NCBI RefSeq assembly: GCF_001186125.1
Contig: NW_014040460.1
Location: 108,130 to 148,367, forward strand
DNA length: 40,238 nt
Reading direction: 5' to 3'
Origin: Sphaeroforma arctica JP610
Taxonomy: Eukaryota
The notes beneath the pieces are model-generated. The model did not search any database, was not told the DNA's origin, and was given only the letters and a program-made list of their open reading frames with translations. This document shows, in pieces, positions 36,109-40,238 of this stretch (position 1 is its first letter; every line of letters starts with the position of its first letter). The translations under genes were made by a program, and so were the position numbers.

Positions 36109-36326
36109 GGTGATTTAGTTATGTATCAGAGCTTGTGCTATTGAAGGACTGACCTTAATTAGTATCTGTATATCCCTATTTGTTTATCTCTCAATGGATT
36201 TGTTTATTGATGGTAGCAGGACGCAGGTAGGAGACTAGAACCCTTGCATTGGTGTTTTCGCGGCAATTCCACGGACCACACAATAGCTTCGTGTACGTAG
36301 CGCATGGCTCAATTCAATCTATAAAT

Positions 36327-36561
36327 AGAAAACGAAAAAAAAGTCCCTTCAAGTTCCTCGCCGGCCTGTGACCCTGTCGGGCTGTCACTTGTGAGGCTGT
36401 GAGGCTGGCACCTGACAGTTGACACTTGACACTCAGACAGGCTGTGCCCTCACTCACACAGTCACACTGCCCTGTGCCGCTGTGCCGCTGTGCCGCTGTG
36501 CCTGTGGGCTCAGGGCAGGGCCCTGTGGCCTGTGGCCTGTGGCCTGTGGCCTGTGGCCTGT
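36327..36561. promoter_or_regulatory. GC-rich ApT/TpA-free island upstream of CCDC58; candidate promoter element
   Basis: About 235 bp with no ApT or TpA. Contains (ctgtgccg)x3 and (cctgtgg)x5. Starts ~220 bp upstream of the CCDC58 ATG. Confidence 0.45.
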
Positions 36562-36812
36562 ATGCTGACTTGCTGAGGCTGTAGCACAGCCAACATATCA
36601 GAAAGTTATGCCTGCTGTGTAGCACTAGGCTGCAAGGCGGTGGTACGGGGTAAATATTCTGATACATACCTCTCAGTCGTCCATGATCTAAGTTCTCTCA
36701 GTCGTCCATGATCTAAGTTGAGGTCGTATATTTGAACAAAGCCAACATAAAGTGTGCGAAACCCTTTGCAGCTCCTATAAACTCGCGTGTATATGCTAAG
36801 TATACAATAAAT

Positions 36813-36999
36813 AGCAATCGTTGTTACTGACTATCCGAACGCACGACTGGAGGATTATATAGGAAGGTGAAAATGCACCATATCTGTATCTCTATATTCA
36901 TATGTATGTATGTATATACAGATATGGTAAGCAATCGTTATTACTGACTATCCGAACGCACGACTGAATGATTATATAGGAAGGTGAAAATGCACCATA
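36813..36999. repeat. Direct repeat of ~70 bp (36813-36882 and 36930-36999)
   Basis: agcaatcgtt(g/a)ttactgactatccgaacgcacgactg..gattatataggaaggtgaaaatgcaccatat occurs twice, 117 bp apart. Confidence 0.9.
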
Positions 37000-37068
37000 T
37001 ATGTATGTATATTTATACATAAGAATATAGAGATACACATATGAATATAGATACAGATATGCTGCATT

Positions 37069-37500
<432 letters not shown>

Positions 37501-37745
37501 ATCGGTAAGTCTGTAAATATTCTCACATATACTTGTAAAAACGGGCGGCTAGCAGCTACCCTAAAGTTTTGAACGGGAGTTATTATGTTTGTATGCACTT
37601 GGTATATTGCTCGCTATTATCAGCTTTTTCATATCCAAATACGAGGTTTAGGGATGTATTTACCGCTCAACGAGCTAACGTGCGGTATATTATTTTATTT
37701 CTTCGTTTATCGTTTGGATTGTTTGAATAAGTTACACCCGGCAGC

Positions 37746-39225
37746 TTAGTCGATAGTCTTATTTAGAAACTTTCGTTTTGCGAAGCAGAACCACCACTGT
37801 ATTGATAATGATGAAAGCAAATAGTAAGTAAAGTTAAAGTGCGTAACATCGATGGACGTCATATATCTCTTAATTCAATTCTTCACACGCACATACAAGC
37901 TAATAAACTTTACTGGAGTGCAGGTTAATTTGATTCATTCAATCCTAACTCCCGGCAAACACACTTGATGCAGAGATAGCTGGTAACGTGAATGACTGCA
38001 ATTCCCTACCTTATCAGGTGCATTATCTTTGAAAGCTTTCTTCACAAATCGTTGTGCAGTTTCCACTCGAAGTTGTGTGATATACTGCTTCAGAAGATCT
38101 GTAATTTTTCGTCAAAATTTGGCAATTGAAAGGATAAGTACAATTCAAAACACAGGGCAGCTACTTGTCGAGGACTGACGGATAGATGCCAGACGATCAA
38201 CTTCATGATGGCGAGGAAAAAAAGTTGGGCGTAGGACGCATTCGCTAAATAAAGATTGCATCGTGCCTTCCAACGTTACCTGCTTCACCTTTGTCAGCGG
38301 GAGCGGGGTACATAGTGCCCAATGTAAAGTGACCATCACCGGGCATCGAAAAGTTGGAAAGCGCAAATGTATTGAGTGTTTTCTCGGCCTCCTTCGCGTT
38401 GGCACATCTTTGTGACTTCACGATACACTCACGTATAAACAGGGTTAGGTAGATGAGTACCCGATCGGCAGTACCTATAACGCAAAATAGAGGAAGCAGC
38501 ACGAGATAATTGAGCCCGCGACAATGAGGAGCAAATGTGACACAACTGAAATCAGAATGAAAGCTCTCATATTCGGCTAAAATATATTCAGATGTGTCGT
38601 ACCTCAGTAGGACATACCCTGCATACAATAGATCGCTACTTCGTCAAGGTAATAAAATCAAAATGCAAAGAGTATGATATGAAGTAGACGGCATGACAAG
38701 CGCTTAAAAATGTTTTATAACTGCGGCACACAAGGAAAGCGACATAGCGACTGAGATTTGCATTTGAAAGATAAACTTAGAAGTACTCGTGATGAACTCG
38801 AAACGGGCAATGAAGCATGAAACTACTCACCCTCGATTTCAAAGCTGGAGAAGAACATGTTAGGCTTAAAATAGTTAAAAGCCTCTTCGATGACATCTAC
38901 TGATGCGTCTGTAATGATAATTACACAATTGATAATAAGTATGTGCGTTGCTTGATAAGCTTTACCTAGCATAGCAAGCAATCGATAAACTAGAATAATC
39001 AGTATGAATGGGCGTAATATGCCACTTGTGAACGAAAGGCCTCATTACACGTTCATGGAATAGCAATTACGTCTTTATGGCAAGGGAGGTGCCACGCTCG
39101 AATTAAATTAGATTCAAACTACCTGTCTTAGGAGCTGGTCCTCTGTAGGTAGTGTTCAGAGGAAGTACCATCATTCCCGCGAGCACATCAGTGCCCGCTT
39201 CCTTGTTGAAACTTGAGTGATAGAC
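37746..39225 (-). CDS. ARPC3: Arp2/3 complex subunit 3 (p21-Arc); 5 exons seen, start-codon micro-exon not located
   Basis: Exons 39123-39225 (VYHSSFNKE..MMVLPLNTTYRGPAP), 38831-38908 (DVIEEAFNYFKPNMFFSSFEIE), 38280-38474 (GTADRVLIYLTLFIRECI...FSMPGDGHFTL), 38010-38098 (LKQYITQLRVET) and 37746-37796 (WWFCFAKRKFLNKTID*) total 516 nt in frame. Confidence 0.95.
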
Positions 39226-40238
39226 CTGTAGCATACCAGCGAGAAAATAAGTATCGACTAGCAATGGGAACAATCCTTGCTATTTGGGCTCGAATATTTC
39301 TATTTTCGCGTAGCCTACGTGTGGCAAAACCGTTCGTTTCGTGAATATATTGTCACAGGCCATATAGATAGAAGCTAGGATACACAGGCGAAACTTTCAC
39401 AAAACTATGTCTCCTTCTCGTTCGCCGATCTCGGATGCCATGAATAGTCATTTATCTAACGATCAAGTACACTAAAAATTGGAAGGCAGCATACTCCGTC
39501 GCCATGACAGATGTAGCATAGGTGCTGCTCAAACCTTGCCCATGACAACTTGCCCATGAAGTCAACGGACACTTGAACCAAAAGATAAATCTCAATTTGA
39601 CAATATATGTCTGCAAGTGAAGCGGTGAATTGATATTAAATTTGGCAGACTCTTATCCAAATAGCTGATCTGGTTCATAGCAGTAGTTTATCCCCCTTAT
39701 CGCTTATATTATAAGTACAGTATAAAGGAATGGCTAGAAATTTATATCGCCTCCGTCATAGATGCACCTTTGCTAAAAGAGCTTGGGAAACTAGAATATC
39801 TCTGAAATAGATCGTATGATTGCACACCTGAGTTAGAATGTATACGGAGCGAATGAGCTGCTATCAATACTAATAACCGAAGAAGAAGTCATGTTACTTT
39901 TTCAGCGACAAACACTCCGATGAACGTCAAAATCAATAAAATACTAGATCAGTACTTTTGAAATTTTAAATACAACATTTGCATACATAGATCCAACTAT
40001 TTAAACGATACGGATAAATTGAATCCTCGCTTATAAAAACAGAACATACATGAAAAGTATGCATCGATATACGTTTCTACCTCTATAAACAGTGAGCATT
40101 AGATATCCATATAAATACACCTTTGGATATACCTATACCACCAAGGTTTCAATAATCGAATACAATTTTGAACGACACGTACAGAAATACAGATACATAG
40201 ATACACTATTACCAAATAATAATCACAGGTATGTAATT

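Overview
Intron-rich eukaryotic genomic DNA with GT-AG spliceosomal introns, long (TA)n tracts and assembly gaps. The gene style suggests a unicellular opisthokont or protist, but this is inference. About 28 kb (351-28637, minus strand) is one giant multi-exon gene encoding an N-terminal helical region with the HDND motif, a ZNFX1/Upf1-type SF1 helicase, NF-X1-type zinc fingers, a coiled-coil/low-complexity linker and at least two tandem CbbX/SpoVK-type AAA+ ATPase modules. It probably continues past the left edge. This copy carries several in-frame TAG stops, frameshifts, a GT>AT donor and altered catalytic motifs, so it looks like a recently disabled pseudogene. To the right lie SENP8/NEDP1 (+, 4 exons), an unannotated small membrane-protein gene (-), CCDC58/MIX23 (-, 3 exons) and ARPC3 (-, 5 exons visible, start exon not located). 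Two GC-rich, ApT-free promoter-proximal islands share exact 10-14-mers. All exon chains were built by eye from splice signals, phase compatibility and recalled family motifs; no database search was run.
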